Shown: positions 61,270 through 62,431 of the stretch, in pieces
Position numbering within the stretch: the stretch's first letter is position 1
Layout of the letters: every line of letters starts with the position of its first letter
From: Psammoneis japonica
Lineage: Eukaryota
NCBI GenBank assembly: GCA_008632985.1
Contig: QPGO01000148.1
Location: forward strand, 124,001 to 186,431
Length of the DNA stretch: 62,431 nt
Direction: 5' to 3'
The notes under the pieces: generated by a model
Databases searched by the model: none
Told to the model about the DNA's origin: nothing
What the model saw: the letters and a program-made list of their open reading frames with translations, nothing else
Made by a program: the position numbers and the translations under genes

Positions 61270-62431
61270 ACTGTATGCATGATGCATCAATACTGCTTTA
61301 AATGTAAACATACCTTATTGTACACATCCTTCAGAAGTAAACTGCACGAGATTCCAGCCCGCTCGCTCGCATTCCAATAGCAGAGTCTCCACGCCACCAA
61401 GATTTACCCCAGTTTTCGGTCCCTGAACGAGGGAGTACTACTAACCGGCACTCGGCAAGGTCATGGACGTCAATATCCAACCCATTGCACATTATAATTG
61501 TCATTATTCGTGATAGTATCAACTGTATCTTTCTTGGCTCAGGCCAAAAGAGAGCGTAGGACACACCACAGTCCCATTCCGATATAAGGAAGAACATGAG
61601 TTGAAAAGAAAAAATGGTGTCGACACCGACAAGAAACTATGAGCCATTGTTCGTCCGTAGGGGTGATACATTGCTCAAGATCTTCTCTATATGAGTTATA
61701 AAGACGAACATGTCAAAGAAAATGAGTGAGATGCCGAAACAAAAACCGCAATATAATTCGATTGCGACAGAAAGCGATAATGAGTCTAAACGTGGTGTCA
61801 ATACAAAATCCTTTTTTCACCTTACTATTGGCTGCTTACCTTCGAAAAAGCAACATAAGCTGTTTATAGATGAAGGTAAAGACTAGTAGATAGCGTTGGT
61901 ATTGTTGAAAGGATCGTCAATAGTCTAATAAGCCGCTCCGATTATCATGGTGTGTGGTGCCTTTATGAATGATGCGCGAACCCTTGAAAAAATGAGGAGA
62001 CTGGAAGTCTCGTGTCCGGTCTCTTGCTTTAGAAATACATATTCAAAATGAATAAATTTATATACTTTAACGGCGGAGTTCGCACCGGGCGAGCGTCAGT
62101 CCGTCAACCGGATGAGGTACCGAGATAGAAGTTGAGTGCTCTGGCAGCAGGTGTGCAATGGCGAGTCCAAACTGCAATTCCAGCACACAACTATACACAA
62201 CAACGCGCACGGTGAAATATAGTTAGATTTTCTACCAATCGTTTCAACAGTGCCGTTCCTTAGTCAAGAGCTCCTCACTGGCTCGGAAAATTGCAGCCTA
62301 TAAATACTCAAAGATTCACTCGTCGAATGTCCAACCCATAGCGGGATTCCAGTATTACATAGTATGATGTTAGAGTAGTCGGCTAGCTAGTAGAAACTCA
62401 TTTGGTAAAAAAATGGGGGTTTTTGGGACCG

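Noticed and set aside
60712..61380. ORFs spanning the N run
   Set aside because: Artefacts of the assembly gap.

Overview
Eukaryotic genomic DNA, almost certainly from a diatom (CoDi-type Ty1/copia elements, diatom-style gene families, short GT-AG introns). Ordinary genes include a dienelactone hydrolase, MYND protein, DUF6816-like protein, ankyrin-BTB protein, POLA2, RanBP2/FYVE protein, prolyl 4-hydroxylase, MAPEG protein, amino-acid transporter, GH53 galactanase and cyclophilin H. They are interspersed with one full-length and three fragmentary copia elements, local segmental duplications and gene fragments. The main signal is a repeat-targeted hypermutation. In sharply bounded tracts (~7.6-23.1, 28.1-30.5, 31.7-33.5, 36.9-40.8 and 43.3-43.7 kb) TpA has been almost erased by TA->TG / TA->CA transitions (A->G on either strand). 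This is seen directly in paralog and LTR-LTR alignments and in Tyr->Cys/His changes such as RT YVDD->CVDD in two independent elements. It runs opposite to fungal RIP, outpaces CpG decay, prefers RTAY contexts, partly spares LTR/promoter DNA and spreads into neighbouring host genes. A cryptic, disrupted AlkB-like 2OG-Fe(II) dioxygenase fused to an SRA/YDG methylcytosine-reader domain lies beside one tract. All alignments and counts were done by eye and coordinates of degenerate features are approximate.
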